NCBI GenBank assembly: GCA_963977015.1
Contig: CAXBMO010000030.1
Span: 1-64,000, forward strand
Reading direction: 5' to 3'
Length of the DNA stretch: 64,000 bases
Origin: an uncultured bacterium
Lineage (GTDB): Bacteria; Verrucomicrobiota; Verrucomicrobiia; Verrucomicrobiales; DEV007
Shown here: positions 19,641 through 29,957 of the stretch, piece after piece
Numbering within the stretch: position 1 is the stretch's first letter
Layout: each line of letters begins with the position of its first letter
Notes under the pieces: generated by a model
Seen by the model: the letters and a program-made list of their open reading frames with translations, nothing else
What the model was told of the DNA's origin: nothing
Database searches by the model: none
Program-made: the position numbers and the translations under genes

Positions 19641-19834
19641 GATCTTCGTGCGGAAAATCGAGACCTAGCCAATCCAGTCCGGAATCGGCTTGATCCCGGA
19701 ATCGACGAGGTAGTGGGGGCGCCCGCGCGCGTCCTCAATCGTGGTCCGAACCGGATCGATGCCGATACAACGATAGAGGGTGGCGAAGACCTCCTGAAAC
19801 TTGACGGGGCGCTGTGTGGGGGGGCATGCCTGTC
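19641..19834 (-). pseudogene. Relic copy of the DUF1501 gene 3' end (direct repeat 1, left boundary of accessory region)
   Basis: 19665-19811 vs 32301-32447: 13 mismatches in 147 nt by hand count; reads ...GRPHYLVDSGIKPIPDWIG*. Confidence 0.92.
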
Positions 19835-19988
19835 TTCTTCGACCGATTCCTGATGTTCAGTTAGGAGCGTTTTACGGTTTCAAGTTTGGGAGGCGGCGCC
19901 AACCGGCGAACTTTTCGTGAGGTATTTCGTTACCAGATTTATCGACTTGGTCTTGTAACTGTGTAATCAAACACGCTAGCCTCAAATC

Positions 19989-21881
19989 GTGGCACGGAAC
20001 CAACTCTTCACTTCTCAAATTCGGCTCCCTATCTTCATCGGCATCGCGGCCTTGTCACTTGCCGGGATACTCGCACAACTCGAGCATATTCGTGGATTTG
20101 ACTGGCGCCTCTACGATTACGCGCTAAGCCAACGCCAGCCTACGGTTTTCGAGAACGTCGTCCTCGTTGGGGTGACCAACAGCGATGTTTCGTGGCTCGA
20201 CCAGCCTTTCCCGTGGTCGCGCGATCAACAATCGGTCATCTTCGAGAAAATCGCGAGTCAAAAACCCCGAGCGGTAGCTGTCGATTTTCTCTACACCGAA
20301 CCATCGTCCGCGGAAAACGACCTTCGACTTGGGCGAGAACTGGCAGCTTGTGGTAAGCTGGCCGGGGCTTTTTATTTTGATACGGGGCCGCCTCCTGGCC
20401 CTGCCGAAACAGAGTTGCTAAAGGCAAGTGGCAATTTGCTTGGTGCTAATCTTGTAGACTCACGCTGGCCGAGGCCGCCCCATCAGCCCAAGCTCCCGGT
20501 TGCAAATGTGGCTGCTGGAATGACGCGGGTAGGGCACGCCATCACACTGCCGGATCCCGACGGCATCACCCGCCGGATTCCATTGTTGGCGAGCGACGGA
20601 CAACGGCTTTATCCGGCGCTTGCGCTGCAAGGCGTGTTGCTGCATTGGGGCGCAGATTGGTCCCAAATCCGGGCGACTCCGCGGGAAATCACGATCGTTG
20701 GATTGCCTGGACAAAACTCGATTCGAATTCCCCTCGATGGAAAGGGCAACTTTCTCGCTCCGTTCCCGGTTCGAACCGACGAACGGTTTGTCGGGGTGAG
20801 TGTTCAGCAGTTGATGACACTTGAAGATGAGCTTCCCGAAATGGATGACAAGCTTGTTTTTGTTGGATCGCTCTTGACGGGGCATGGCGACATTTATCCC
20901 ACGCCGGTCGAACCTGCGACCGCAGGGTTGATGATTAACGCGGCGGTTGCGGGCTTGATTTTGCAGGAGGAATTCGTCACACCGGCACGATGGTGGATGG
21001 AAGCGTTATTGGCGGCAGTCGCCCTTCTATTTATTTGCGGGTTAGTTGCTCTAAAGCGACCTATCCTTTCGTTGTTGCTGAGCCTGATCCTTCTTGCCGG
21101 GATCGTTGGACTTTCGATTTGGCTCCTCATTGATTTGGGCCGGTGGATTCCGCCGTCCTTTCCCGTGCTGGCCGGGGCTTTGGGAGCGTTTGCGCTCACC
21201 ATTCAGAGTTTCGTTGCCGTCGAGACGCAGCGGAAGAACACGTTCGAGCTGCTTTCGCGGTTCTTGAGTCCCGCATTAGCTGCTAAGCTGGCCAAGGACC
21301 CCAACGCCATGAATCGGAAACCGGTGCGCAAAGAGTTGAGCGTGTTTTTCTCCGACATTGTGGATTACACCAATACTTCCGAGCGACTCGAACCGGAGGA
21401 CCTGTTCTCAGTGCTGGACCAATACTACAACGCGATGACCGAAGTGGCTTACCGGCACCACGGCACGGTCAACAAATACCTGGGCGATGGCATGATGGTG
21501 TTCTTCAACGATCCCGTAGCACAGGAAGATCATGCGTTACTAGCCGTTCGCATGGCGGTCGATATGCAACGCGCGTTGAGCGAGCTGAATCGCCGGTTGG
21601 AAGAACAGGGCTTGCCGTCTCTACAGGCTCGCATGGGGGTTTGCACTGGCTATGCGACGGTTGGCAACGTGGGTTCCGGCGGTTTTGTGGATTATACCGC
21701 GATCGGGCCGACGGTAAATCTCGCGGCACGTGTCATGAATCTGGCTGGAGGTGGCGAGATCTACCTCTCCGAAAAGACATTGCTCGGAATTCAACCGGGC
21801 GAGTTTGACTTTGAAGATTTGGGACCCAAACCGGTCAAGGGATTCTCTGAGCCAGTCCGGGTTTACCGAGCAGACACGTAA
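19989..21881 (+). CDS. CHASE2-domain adenylate/guanylate cyclase
   Basis: FPWSR, AVDFLY.EPS, PDPDGITRRIPL, three TM segments, FFSDIVDYT, KYLGDGMM, YTAIGPTVNLAAR. Confidence 0.92.
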   Translation: MARNQLFTSQIRLPIFIGIAALSLAGILAQLEHIRGFDWRLYDYALSQRQPTVFENVVLVGVTNSDVSWLDQPFPWSRDQQSVIFEKIASQKPRAVAVDFLYTEPSSAENDLRLGRELAACGKLAGAFYFDTGPPPGPAETELLKASGNLLGANLVDSRWPRPPHQPKLPVANVAAGMTRVGHAITLPDPDGITRRIPLLASDGQRLYPALALQGVLLHWGADWSQIRATPREITIVGLPGQNSIRIPLDGKGNFLAPFPVRTDERFVGVSVQQLMTLEDELPEMDDKLVFVGSLLTGHGDIYPTPVEPATAGLMINAAVAGLILQEEFVTPARWWMEALLAAVALLFICGLVALKRPILSLLLSLILLAGIVGLSIWLLIDLGRWIPPSFPVLAGALGAFALTIQSFVAVETQRKNTFELLSRFLSPALAAKLAKDPNAMNRKPVRKELSVFFSDIVDYTNTSERLEPEDLFSVLDQYYNAMTEVAYRHHGTVNKYLGDGMMVFFNDPVAQEDHALLAVRMAVDMQRALSELNRRLEEQGLPSLQARMGVCTGYATVGNVGSGGFVDYTAIGPTVNLAARVMNLAGGGEIYLSEKTLLGIQPGEFDFEDLGPKPVKGFSEPVRVYRADT

Positions 21882-21910
21882 AAAAGAACCTCTAACCATT
21901 AACCCTCACC

Positions 21911-22744
21911 ATGAAGTTTAGCTGCCCTGAATGTGAAACCAAAATAGAGGCAGGACCAGAGTGGTTCGGCCTGGATACACAGTGCCCTCATTGCCAACAT
22001 CCCATTCACATTCCCAAACCTGTTTCATCGGGGCCCCAGAAACGTCATTCAAAGCCGCAGAAAACGGCGAAGAAGATTCCCGTGGGTGCTGTCGTCGGCA
22101 TCTTTCTGGTGATTGGAGTTCTCATTCTGGTTCCCGTGACCATGCACTATCTGGATAACAAGGAGACGCCCCAACGGCCAAGTCGAACGTATTCAGATTC
22201 GAGCGCGGCCGCTAAAGCAGCTGCACCCCAAAATGAGGTAGTAGAGGCACTTCCGGACCCGGAAGAGGAAGGGCCAAAAGTGTTGCGGGACCAGAATTCG
22301 AAGGGCTATATAAGTCTTGGCTCTTTAAAGAGTCGGCTTGAACTGGAAAATCACGTATTGCTGGATGTGTGTGGCGTTTATATCCATGAGTTTGGGGATT
22401 TTTCTACGAGCGCGGTTTTCCAAAAAGATCGAAAGCCCGGTCACAAATTGGTAAAGGTGAGTATTGGTTTAGACTTTTCGGATGACCCGTTTACGATTCA
22501 CACCAAGAACGATACGTTCGTCCTGGCCAATGAGAAGACCACGGAATTCTACCCAGTGTGGGGAGTGTTTGATGCCTTTGGGGGGAGCGTTAGCCGAGGC
22601 AACATCACGGGGAAACTAACCACCAGTGGCGGAAGTAAGGCGGCACCTCATACAAAGATCATCAATCTCTACGAGATCCCCAGTAATCTTGACCCAGGCA
22701 GATTGAGCCTTTGGTTCGATCCGGAATCCCAGAACGTAGATTGA
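21911..22744 (+). CDS. Membrane-anchored protein with N-terminal zinc ribbon
   Basis: CPEC...CPHC, one TM helix, unrecognised extracytoplasmic domain. Confidence 0.75.
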   Translation: MKFSCPECETKIEAGPEWFGLDTQCPHCQHPIHIPKPVSSGPQKRHSKPQKTAKKIPVGAVVGIFLVIGVLILVPVTMHYLDNKETPQRPSRTYSDSSAAAKAAAPQNEVVEALPDPEEEGPKVLRDQNSKGYISLGSLKSRLELENHVLLDVCGVYIHEFGDFSTSAVFQKDRKPGHKLVKVSIGLDFSDDPFTIHTKNDTFVLANEKTTEFYPVWGVFDAFGGSVSRGNITGKLTTSGGSKAAPHTKIINLYEIPSNLDPGRLSLWFDPESQNVD

Positions 22745-22804
22745 CTTCCGAACGAGGGCAATGCGGCTTGATGCGCGAACGAAAGGTCCGATAGTGGATC
22801 GCGA

Positions 22805-24589
22805 ATGAGTTCCGCGAAAACCTGGGCTTGGCCGTCACCCACTCCGGAAGAACTGGATGCGCAAATCGACGCCTTCAAGGTTCATCGCCGTTTGGGACGC
22901 GGTGGGATGGGGGCTGTTTACCTGGCTACGCAGCTCAATTTAGAGCGCGAAGTCGCCATCAAACTGTTGCCCGAGCAACTCGCTGTCGATCCCGAGTTTG
23001 AGGCCCGTTTTAACCGCGAAGCTCGGCTCATGGCGAAGCTGGCCCACCCCAACATCGTCCCGGTGTTCGATTTTGGTGAGACTAACGCCGGACACCGTTT
23101 TTACGTCATGGAGTATGTGCCGGGAGGGCATCTCGGAGAAGAAATGCGCGATGAAGGATTGCCAGTCGAGCGGGCTTTCAGCGTTTTTGGTCAAGTTTGC
23201 GCGGGGATGAAGCACGCCCACGATAAAGGATTGATTCATCGCGACCTCAAACCCGCCAATATCTTGCTTGGCGAAACCGGGTTCGTGAAAATCGGGGATT
23301 TTGGTCTGGCGAAGATGGTAGTCTCCACCGATTCTCGAGTCACGGAACAACTGGGATTGACCAACAGCCGCGCAGCCATGGGCACGCCAGACTATGCGGC
23401 CCCGGAACAGCTCAACGCGGAGCCTGTCGATCATCGCGCGGATCTCTACAGCCTGGGGGTTTTGCTCTACGAAATGCTGACCGGTTCCTTGCCGCGAGGC
23501 TCCTTTTCAGCGACTTCGTCGCGGAATCCGGATTGTCCACAATTCCTGGATGCGGTGATTGAGCGTGCCCTTCAACCGGAGCCTGGGGAGCGTTTTCAAT
23601 CCGTCGAAGAGCTGCTTCAGGCCGTTCTTCCCGGTCAGCAGCTCCGCGCTAACTCCGTCTCAGTTCATCACGAAGCTCTGCCGTTTCCACCTTGCCCAGA
23701 ACAACCGCTTTGCCGCATCGCCGTGATACCGGCTTCGCGAGATTCAGATTCCCTTCCGCCTTTTCAATGGTTCTCAGAAGTCGAGCAGAGTAACCACGGT
23801 GATCTTATCCAGATCGCCAGCCCTTCCGCGGGAAGCCACAAGCACCTGGTTGCCTTGAAAGGGACCGGCCGGGTTTGCTTTTTTGGAGGCGAGCCGGAGG
23901 AAGGCGAACTAATCAATCACGAAGAAAACGCCGCCTACGTCATCGCCAATCCGCCCCTCAAATTAACGAGTGAAGGACACTTGGTTGGAGGTGGTGCACC
24001 AGCTGGCGAGTTCAGTCAATTGCGGTGCGCTGACGGATTTGCCCTCGCGCTCCGCCGGGATGGCCAGGTCGTTGGGATCGGGCCCAAACTTAGCCGGCTC
24101 AACCAGGAGCCTCACGCTTTCGCCCTTCAGTCCGTCGTCCAAATTGAAGCATCGCGGACAGGTCATGCCGCTGCGTTGCACCATGACGGCACGATTTCTG
24201 AGATTTTGACATCCGGGAGCACCTGCGAAGTTCGCCGAGATCAAACCCGCCATTACCAACGGCTCATTAGCGAAGGATTCGCCATCTGCACGGATGGCAG
24301 CCTGGCAACAATCGATCCGGAAAACCCGGAGTATGCCGACTTAAGCGAATCGCTTTCCGGGCTGCAACCCGAAACGATTGTTTCGATCGAGCAGCGTCCG
24401 GCCTGGGCTTTGGTGCGACTTTCGGATGGGCAATGGCGGGTTTTGGCACGAGACCGGAGCACCGGCGGGAAGTTGGCGGAGATCGATTCCGAATTCGCAG
24501 ACGCATTGCGTGGAGCCGTTTCCGTATTCGGCTTGAGTGCCGGGCACGTCGTTCGCTTGGACTACTGCGTCGCTCTGTTTCCTGTCTGA
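22805..24589 (+). CDS. Ser/Thr protein kinase with C-terminal RCC1-like repeats
   Basis: LGRGGMGAVY, AIK, HRDLKPAN, DFG, GTPDYAAPE; repeats HLVALKGTG, ALALRRDGQV, AALHHDGT. Confidence 0.9.
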   Translation: MSSAKTWAWPSPTPEELDAQIDAFKVHRRLGRGGMGAVYLATQLNLEREVAIKLLPEQLAVDPEFEARFNREARLMAKLAHPNIVPVFDFGETNAGHRFYVMEYVPGGHLGEEMRDEGLPVERAFSVFGQVCAGMKHAHDKGLIHRDLKPANILLGETGFVKIGDFGLAKMVVSTDSRVTEQLGLTNSRAAMGTPDYAAPEQLNAEPVDHRADLYSLGVLLYEMLTGSLPRGSFSATSSRNPDCPQFLDAVIERALQPEPGERFQSVEELLQAVLPGQQLRANSVSVHHEALPFPPCPEQPLCRIAVIPASRDSDSLPPFQWFSEVEQSNHGDLIQIASPSAGSHKHLVALKGTGRVCFFGGEPEEGELINHEENAAYVIANPPLKLTSEGHLVGGGAPAGEFSQLRCADGFALALRRDGQVVGIGPKLSRLNQEPHAFALQSVVQIEASRTGHAAALHHDGTISEILTSGSTCEVRRDQTRHYQRLISEGFAICTDGSLATIDPENPEYADLSESLSGLQPETIVSIEQRPAWALVRLSDGQWRVLARDRSTGGKLAEIDSEFADALRGAVSVFGLSAGHVVRLDYCVALFPV

Positions 24590-24689
24590 ACTGGGTGCAT
24601 CGGCGTTACCTTACTCACGTACCGGGTATTTCAGGTATAGAACCCCAAACAACACTTGCTTGGTTTCCGGGGGCCGAGCATCCTTCCTC

Positions 24690-26231
24690 ATGAATCATCG
24701 TTGGACTCAGGCAGTTACCGTCACCGTGTTGGTGGTCGTAGGCAGCATCCACTCACAGGAGCAAAAACCGCCTCCAAGTCTCCTCGTCTTCAGCTCCAAA
24801 GGGAAAGTCAATGTCGGTGAGCGCATCGTCCCCGCCGCCCAGCGCGACATGCGGAACTTCGAAGCGAAACTCCAAGCAAAAGAGGTGGTCAGCACGGGCG
24901 CGGATGGCCAGGTTCAGCTGGGTGTTTTCGGCGAGGCGAAGGTTCTGCTCGCTCCCAATACCGTCGTGCGCGTTCCCGAGCCGGCAGCGCGGGCGGAAGA
25001 CGTGGCCGTGATGGAGATCGAAAAAGGCCGGGCGTTTCTGCGGGTTGAGAAGCGGCCCGAACGGGAGTTTCGGCTCAGAACCCCCACGATGACGATCGCC
25101 GTGCGTGGGACCGAGTTTTTCGTGAACGTATCGCCAAAAGGGGAAGTGGTGGGCACGCACCAGGGCGCGGTCGAGGTCGGCTTGGAATTCGGCGGAAATC
25201 GGCGATTGGTGAACGTGCCGGCTGGCAAGGCCGTTGTCGCCAATGGAGAGGATGCGCCCCAGTTGCGCAACCTAACGGCCGGAGAGCAAAATCTGGCACG
25301 GATCTATGCGATGCTGGATATTCCGGTTTTGCCGCGGCCAAGGATTGCCGGGGATTTGCGTTCCTGGGTTTTTGGCAATCGCCGAGGTTGGGATGCGAGT
25401 TTCGCGGTGCCTAGAGCCGCGAGTGAAAACATGGTTCAACTGAGCATGGAACCTCAAACCATCATCAATGAAGGCCGAGTGGCTGCGATGCGAGCCGATG
25501 GCAAGTTGTTCGTATTTCAGGAAAACGAACTGGAAACCCCTGAGAATCTCGAACCCATCTCGGAAGTCCAGCTTTATCCAAAAGGCGTCGCCGTTTTGAC
25601 CGAGAGGGGAATCATCCACAGCTGGGGAGCCTTCCAAGGGACACTGGAAGGAATAACGGCTATTCAGGCAACCCGGGAAGCGGTTCTAGGGATTGCACGC
25701 GATGGTTCTGTCAGAGGTGTTACCGTGAAAGGTGCCGAATCTTTCCCCCAAATCGACCCTGCGGATGGATTTGGATTTGTTGAAGGTGAGAACGGGGAAT
25801 TTTTACTGTTTCGCGGAAAGAAACTCGAGCTTGGGCGAATTGACCGTGGAGTCGTGAGAAGCGATGAATTTAGGGTGGGCCAGGATTGGGTTGAAGTCCA
25901 CCACGGCACGTTCGATGCATGTTGGATTGACCGCAACGGTATGATCTTTTCCCAGGATCTGGGCAAGCTTGGCGAGCGGGCGCGAAAGGTTGTTCTGGCC
26001 GAAAACACGATCTTATGGATGGATGCCGATTTGGAATGGCACAGCCCGAAGATGGACCGATTCGAAGAGGAACGAAGCACGTTTCGCAAACTGGTTTCCG
26101 GTGCAGTGGATCTGGCGTTCGGCGACAGCCGGTTTTATGCAATCATTCCACGTGACCGGGAGAAGGCGAAGGAACTCGTGGAGGAAGAGTGGAAACTGAA
26201 ATTGCGTCGCCGCGAGAATGTAGGAGATTAG
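24690..26231 (+). CDS. Secreted FecR-domain protein with degenerate RCC1-like repeats
   Basis: Signal peptide; FecR motif FRLRTPTMTIAVRGTEFFV, G.VEV; repeats AAMRADGKL, GIARDGSV. Confidence 0.75.
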   Translation: MNHRWTQAVTVTVLVVVGSIHSQEQKPPPSLLVFSSKGKVNVGERIVPAAQRDMRNFEAKLQAKEVVSTGADGQVQLGVFGEAKVLLAPNTVVRVPEPAARAEDVAVMEIEKGRAFLRVEKRPEREFRLRTPTMTIAVRGTEFFVNVSPKGEVVGTHQGAVEVGLEFGGNRRLVNVPAGKAVVANGEDAPQLRNLTAGEQNLARIYAMLDIPVLPRPRIAGDLRSWVFGNRRGWDASFAVPRAASENMVQLSMEPQTIINEGRVAAMRADGKLFVFQENELETPENLEPISEVQLYPKGVAVLTERGIIHSWGAFQGTLEGITAIQATREAVLGIARDGSVRGVTVKGAESFPQIDPADGFGFVEGENGEFLLFRGKKLELGRIDRGVVRSDEFRVGQDWVEVHHGTFDACWIDRNGMIFSQDLGKLGERARKVVLAENTILWMDADLEWHSPKMDRFEEERSTFRKLVSGAVDLAFGDSRFYAIIPRDREKAKELVEEEWKLKLRRRENVGD

Positions 26232-27994
26232 CGGCGAATCACTTGGTTGGGGCCTGACGGGCCCACTTTTTTGAGGTTGTCGCAATTGGCAAGATCCAGA
26301 AATCGCAATTTGGGGTGATTGGCGAGTCCGTCGACCTCCTCCACGATTTCGGAATCCAAATCGAGGAACTCCAGATTTCTGAGAGGCGCCAAGTCCATGG
26401 TCCGGAAGCCGAGTCCACGTGCCTCAAGCCAGCGCAGGCGAGGGAAACTGGTCAGATCCTTGGACGTCGATTCGTCCACAGCATCGGGGGTGAAACTTTT
26501 TTCGAAGAAGGAAAGCTCCATCGCTTCGATGCTGTCGCGATTGCCGAATCGGCAAATCGTGCGCCAATTGTCCTCCTTAATGCCCCCTGCATTGAAGTAT
26601 TTTAGTTCCTTGGGAGAACCGTAGCTGCGTAAAATGCCTTGGTCGTCTTGAATTGACAGCGTGAAATCCAGTTCAACGGCTCGAAGCTTCGGAAAGTGGG
26701 TTCCAGAAACCGGTTTGGAAATTCTCAGGATTTCCAGATTCGCGAGCGCTCCGCTTTTAGCCCACGTCGTAAAATCTTCCTCCGATAAACCTCTTTCCTC
26801 CAGCAATTGAAGCTGATTGAGATTCGCGAATTCTTTCACTCCAGGATCGTTTTGAGGCCGCAGATCAGATAGCATCGTCAATGATCGGAGGTGCTGGAGC
26901 GAGCCGATTTCTGCCGGATCGACAATGATCCGAGCCAGATCGAGCCGCTCCAGGTTGCTGTTTTTGCTGAGACCGGTCCATTGAACCGGTGCCGGATTTC
27001 TTGCCGCCATTTGGAGAATCCGTAAGTTCGTGAGCTTCGACAAAGCGAGTTGCAGATCTGCCGTAAGTTCAAAGCCCGAAAGAGACAGATCCCGGACAGG
27101 AGGCAAGTCGGTAATCGGGATCGGTCCGGAATCTCGAGCGCCGCTGGCGCTGATCTTGAGCGCTTCGAGCGTGGTAAGGGCCGAGAGCGCCGACACCGTA
27201 TCAATGGTGATGTCTGCATAAAGGGCTAAGGGCTTGTGCGTCGCGATAGCTTTCAGTCGTTCTGCATCAGGGGCCGAATCGAGAAAAAAAGCAACCGGCT
27301 TACCGCCGACTGGAGGCAGCGTGCTCAGTTCGACCCGATTGTCCCAGTTAAAGCAGACCGAGGCTCCAAACGGATGCGAGTTAGCTTTCAACGCTGCCTC
27401 GAAGCTATTCCCACGCTGTTGGTCATCACGGAAGATTCCAACAATCTCAGCAGGTCCCCCGTCTCTCGAGACCAGGAGGAACGGGCCGTCGGTTGAGAGC
27501 TTCCAGTGGGCTGCGCCATTGAAGCGGACGATGTGCTTGTGATAGGTTGACCCAGCGCGAACCTGCAAAATTACCCAGCCTCCAATTGGCAGCAGCATCT
27601 CGGAAGTGGTGGCTCCGGTGGGGAACGATGCTGTCATTCGATTTGCGCCAATGTATTCCACCATTTCGGAGACGCTTGGTGGAGAGGGATGCTCGACGAC
27701 CAAGGGTTGCCAAGGAGCACCCGGCGTAGTGGAGGCAGCGGGAGTTGTCGATTTCTGGCTTTTGATCCAGGCTTGATCCGCCGCGCTGAGACTAGCGAGT
27801 GGAAGCGTGAAGGTCTTTCCATCCGAGATGCGCCGAATCCTGACACTCGCCCCCTGCAACCCGAGAAATTCGGCTTTCAACTCGACGCCTTTGGAATTGC
27901 GGAAGGTCCGGACTTCGGAGAACGCCGTTTGATTCATGATTGCGGCGATTACAAAAAGGACAGCTAAAACGATACGTAAGTGGGGTGACTTCAT
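26228..27994 (-). CDS. Secreted SHD1 (SLA1 homology) + leucine-rich repeat protein
   Basis: RTFRNSKG..LKAEF...DGK.F.LPL..LS.ADQ.WI; LxxLxL repeats. Confidence 0.8.
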   Translation of the reverse strand: MKSPHLRIVLAVLFVIAAIMNQTAFSEVRTFRNSKGVELKAEFLGLQGASVRIRRISDGKTFTLPLASLSAADQAWIKSQKSTTPAASTTPGAPWQPLVVEHPSPPSVSEMVEYIGANRMTASFPTGATTSEMLLPIGGWVILQVRAGSTYHKHIVRFNGAAHWKLSTDGPFLLVSRDGGPAEIVGIFRDDQQRGNSFEAALKANSHPFGASVCFNWDNRVELSTLPPVGGKPVAFFLDSAPDAERLKAIATHKPLALYADITIDTVSALSALTTLEALKISASGARDSGPIPITDLPPVRDLSLSGFELTADLQLALSKLTNLRILQMAARNPAPVQWTGLSKNSNLERLDLARIIVDPAEIGSLQHLRSLTMLSDLRPQNDPGVKEFANLNQLQLLEERGLSEEDFTTWAKSGALANLEILRISKPVSGTHFPKLRAVELDFTLSIQDDQGILRSYGSPKELKYFNAGGIKEDNWRTICRFGNRDSIEAMELSFFEKSFTPDAVDESTSKDLTSFPRLRWLEARGLGFRTMDLAPLRNLEFLDLDSEIVEEVDGLANHPKLRFLDLANCDNLKKVGPSGPNQVIRR

Positions 27995-28066
27995 AACATG
28001 GTTGGGTTGACGAAGGTAAGTAGCGGTTCCGGGACGCGAGGTAACGCTTTGCGGCACAAGAAAAGA

Positions 28067-28975
28067 CTATTTCGCCAGATCGCGAGCGAGTTGCTGGCTC
28101 TCCGCGGATAGGTTTTCGAGCGAAATCTCCACCGCCCGGTTAGTGGATTTTAACAGCATTTTGACCTTTCCTTCGTTCAGCCCCAAAAACCGCCCCTGAA
28201 TCGTTTTGGAACCATCCGCACTTTTCCACGGATGGAATTTTCGGAGTTCCGGCCTCAACTCCGCCTGAATGATCTCCAGGTCGTATTCGCGCATCCTGTT
28301 GGCTCCCACTCTTTCCGTCACCCCCCATCGCAAACTCGCATGGGCGATGCGGCAAATCTCTCCGATAGCACCTGCCGCGTCTGTGGGTGCGACGGTGAAA
28401 TCATAGCGCTGGGCAAAGGCGAATTTGTCACGGAGATGACTGACGCGATAAGATACTCCGTCGCGCTCGGGATCCTCGCGCTTGACCATCTTGGACCAAG
28501 CCTCCACGGCCTCCAGGAATTCGGTGTCGCGAAGGCGGATTTCCGGCAGTTGGATGCTCCTGGCTTTAGCTTCGCCGGGCGGCAAGACTCTGTCATCGAT
28601 ATCAACGTAGGAATCATTCCATTCGGCGGCTAGCATGGCCTTGGTGGTCTGAGCGTTGAACTCCTCGATGATTTTTTCCAGCGCATCGTAAGCCGTGACG
28701 TTTTTGAGACTGAGGGTGAGCCGAGCGTCGTCAAAATGGTAGGAGATACTTTTGCGCTGTGAATAAACTCCGTAGCCTTTGGGATCGGCGGCTTTGGCCG
28801 CCTGCTTCCAGCGTTCAATCGCTTCTTCAACCGTTGCCTGGTTGAGTTGGAACGTAGTGAAGGTCAGGGATTTCCCTTTGGGAGGGCGTGGAGAACGCTG
28901 TTTGCTGGTTGTTTGTCCAAATGAGGCGCTCAACAGCGCAATCCAAATCATCCATAATAGAGTCCTGCCTTTCAT
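28067..28975 (-). CDS. Secreted protein with two secretin-N/STN-like domains and C-terminal SHD1
   Basis: Two related segments (ATVEEAIE.W..DP.G.GV / FLEAVEAW..DP..GV); W.SADG.KTI.G.F...ISL..LS.ESQ. Confidence 0.65.
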   Translation of the reverse strand: MKGRTLLWMIWIALLSASFGQTTSKQRSPRPPKGKSLTFTTFQLNQATVEEAIERWKQAAKAADPKGYGVYSQRKSISYHFDDARLTLSLKNVTAYDALEKIIEEFNAQTTKAMLAAEWNDSYVDIDDRVLPPGEAKARSIQLPEIRLRDTEFLEAVEAWSKMVKREDPERDGVSYRVSHLRDKFAFAQRYDFTVAPTDAAGAIGEICRIAHASLRWGVTERVGANRMREYDLEIIQAELRPELRKFHPWKSADGSKTIQGRFLGLNEGKVKMLLKSTNRAVEISLENLSAESQQLARDLAK

Positions 28976-29067
28976 GATCGAAGGATATTCTCCCGGAAAA
29001 AACTTTTCGAGCATAAACTGCATCTTTGGCTTGTTCCGGAACGGCCTGCCATCAAAACTCAGTCCCT

Positions 29068-29790
29068 ATGGAGAAACCGAGTTTCTTTCCACAAACGCGA
29101 TGGTCCTTGGTGCGTCAGGTCCAACAGGCTAACCCTGCCGAGCGCGAACATGCCCTTGAAGAACTTTGCCGGATTTACTGGAAGCCGCTCTACCGTTTTG
29201 CGCGCTCCCGGGGCCATTCCAAAGAAGATGCAGAAGATCAGGTCCAGGGATTTCTCGCCAACCTGCTAAAATACAACTCCTGGGCCACCGTCGATGAGTC
29301 GAAAGGACGATTGCGGGCGTTTCTCTACCGCAGTTTTGAAAATCATCTCCGGAACTGCTGGCGCAAGGGCCAGGCTATTAAGAACGGGGGAGGCGTAAAA
29401 TTACTATCCTTGGATTTCGACGATGCAGAATCCCTTTTGCCGATTGCCCATCCGGCCGAGGACTCCGCCAACCTCAGCTTTGATCGGCATTGGGCCGCCG
29501 CACTGGTTCAACAGGCCGTGAATAGAATTGAGGAGGAGTTTGACGAAAAGAAAACACGTCTCTTGGCTGCTTTGCGTCCCCATTTCGTCCCTGGAATCGG
29601 AGGAGGGAAACCCTACGCGGAAATTGCCGTCGAATTGAACCAAAGTGAGGCCTCCATCAAGATGGCGGTGAAACGCTTGCGGGAAAAACTGCGAAACCGG
29701 CTGGAGGGTGCAGTGATGGAAACGGTTGATAGCCAGGAAGCCGCCGAGGAAGAATTGCGCTACCTGTTCGACCTGCTCAATCTGGAGTGA
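29068..29790 (+). CDS. ECF sigma factor (PVC type often linked to Ser/Thr kinases)
   Basis: FPQTRWSLV, LC..YW.PLY, DAEDQVQ.F, KGRLR.FL, FDR.WA, YAEIA. Confidence 0.9.
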   Translation: MEKPSFFPQTRWSLVRQVQQANPAEREHALEELCRIYWKPLYRFARSRGHSKEDAEDQVQGFLANLLKYNSWATVDESKGRLRAFLYRSFENHLRNCWRKGQAIKNGGGVKLLSLDFDDAESLLPIAHPAEDSANLSFDRHWAAALVQQAVNRIEEEFDEKKTRLLAALRPHFVPGIGGGKPYAEIAVELNQSEASIKMAVKRLREKLRNRLEGAVMETVDSQEAAEEELRYLFDLLNLE

Positions 29791-29902
29791 GGCTGCTTCC
29801 AAGTGGAAGACCGCATAACGGATATCTTGCCTGCGATTCCCAGGAAGCGGTTTCTTTCCGTTTGTCGATAGCGAATTGAATTGGGCGTCGCAATCGTGAT
29901 TT

Positions 29903-29957
29903 GATCTTCGCGCGGAAAATCGAGACTCAGCCGATCCATTCCGGAATCGGCCTGAGC
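29903..29957 (-). repeat. Short relic of the DUF1501 3' end plus downstream flank (direct repeat 2)
   Basis: gatcttcgcgcggaaaatcgagactcagccgatccattccggaatcggc matches 19641-19689 and, in part, 32301-32325. Confidence 0.88.
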
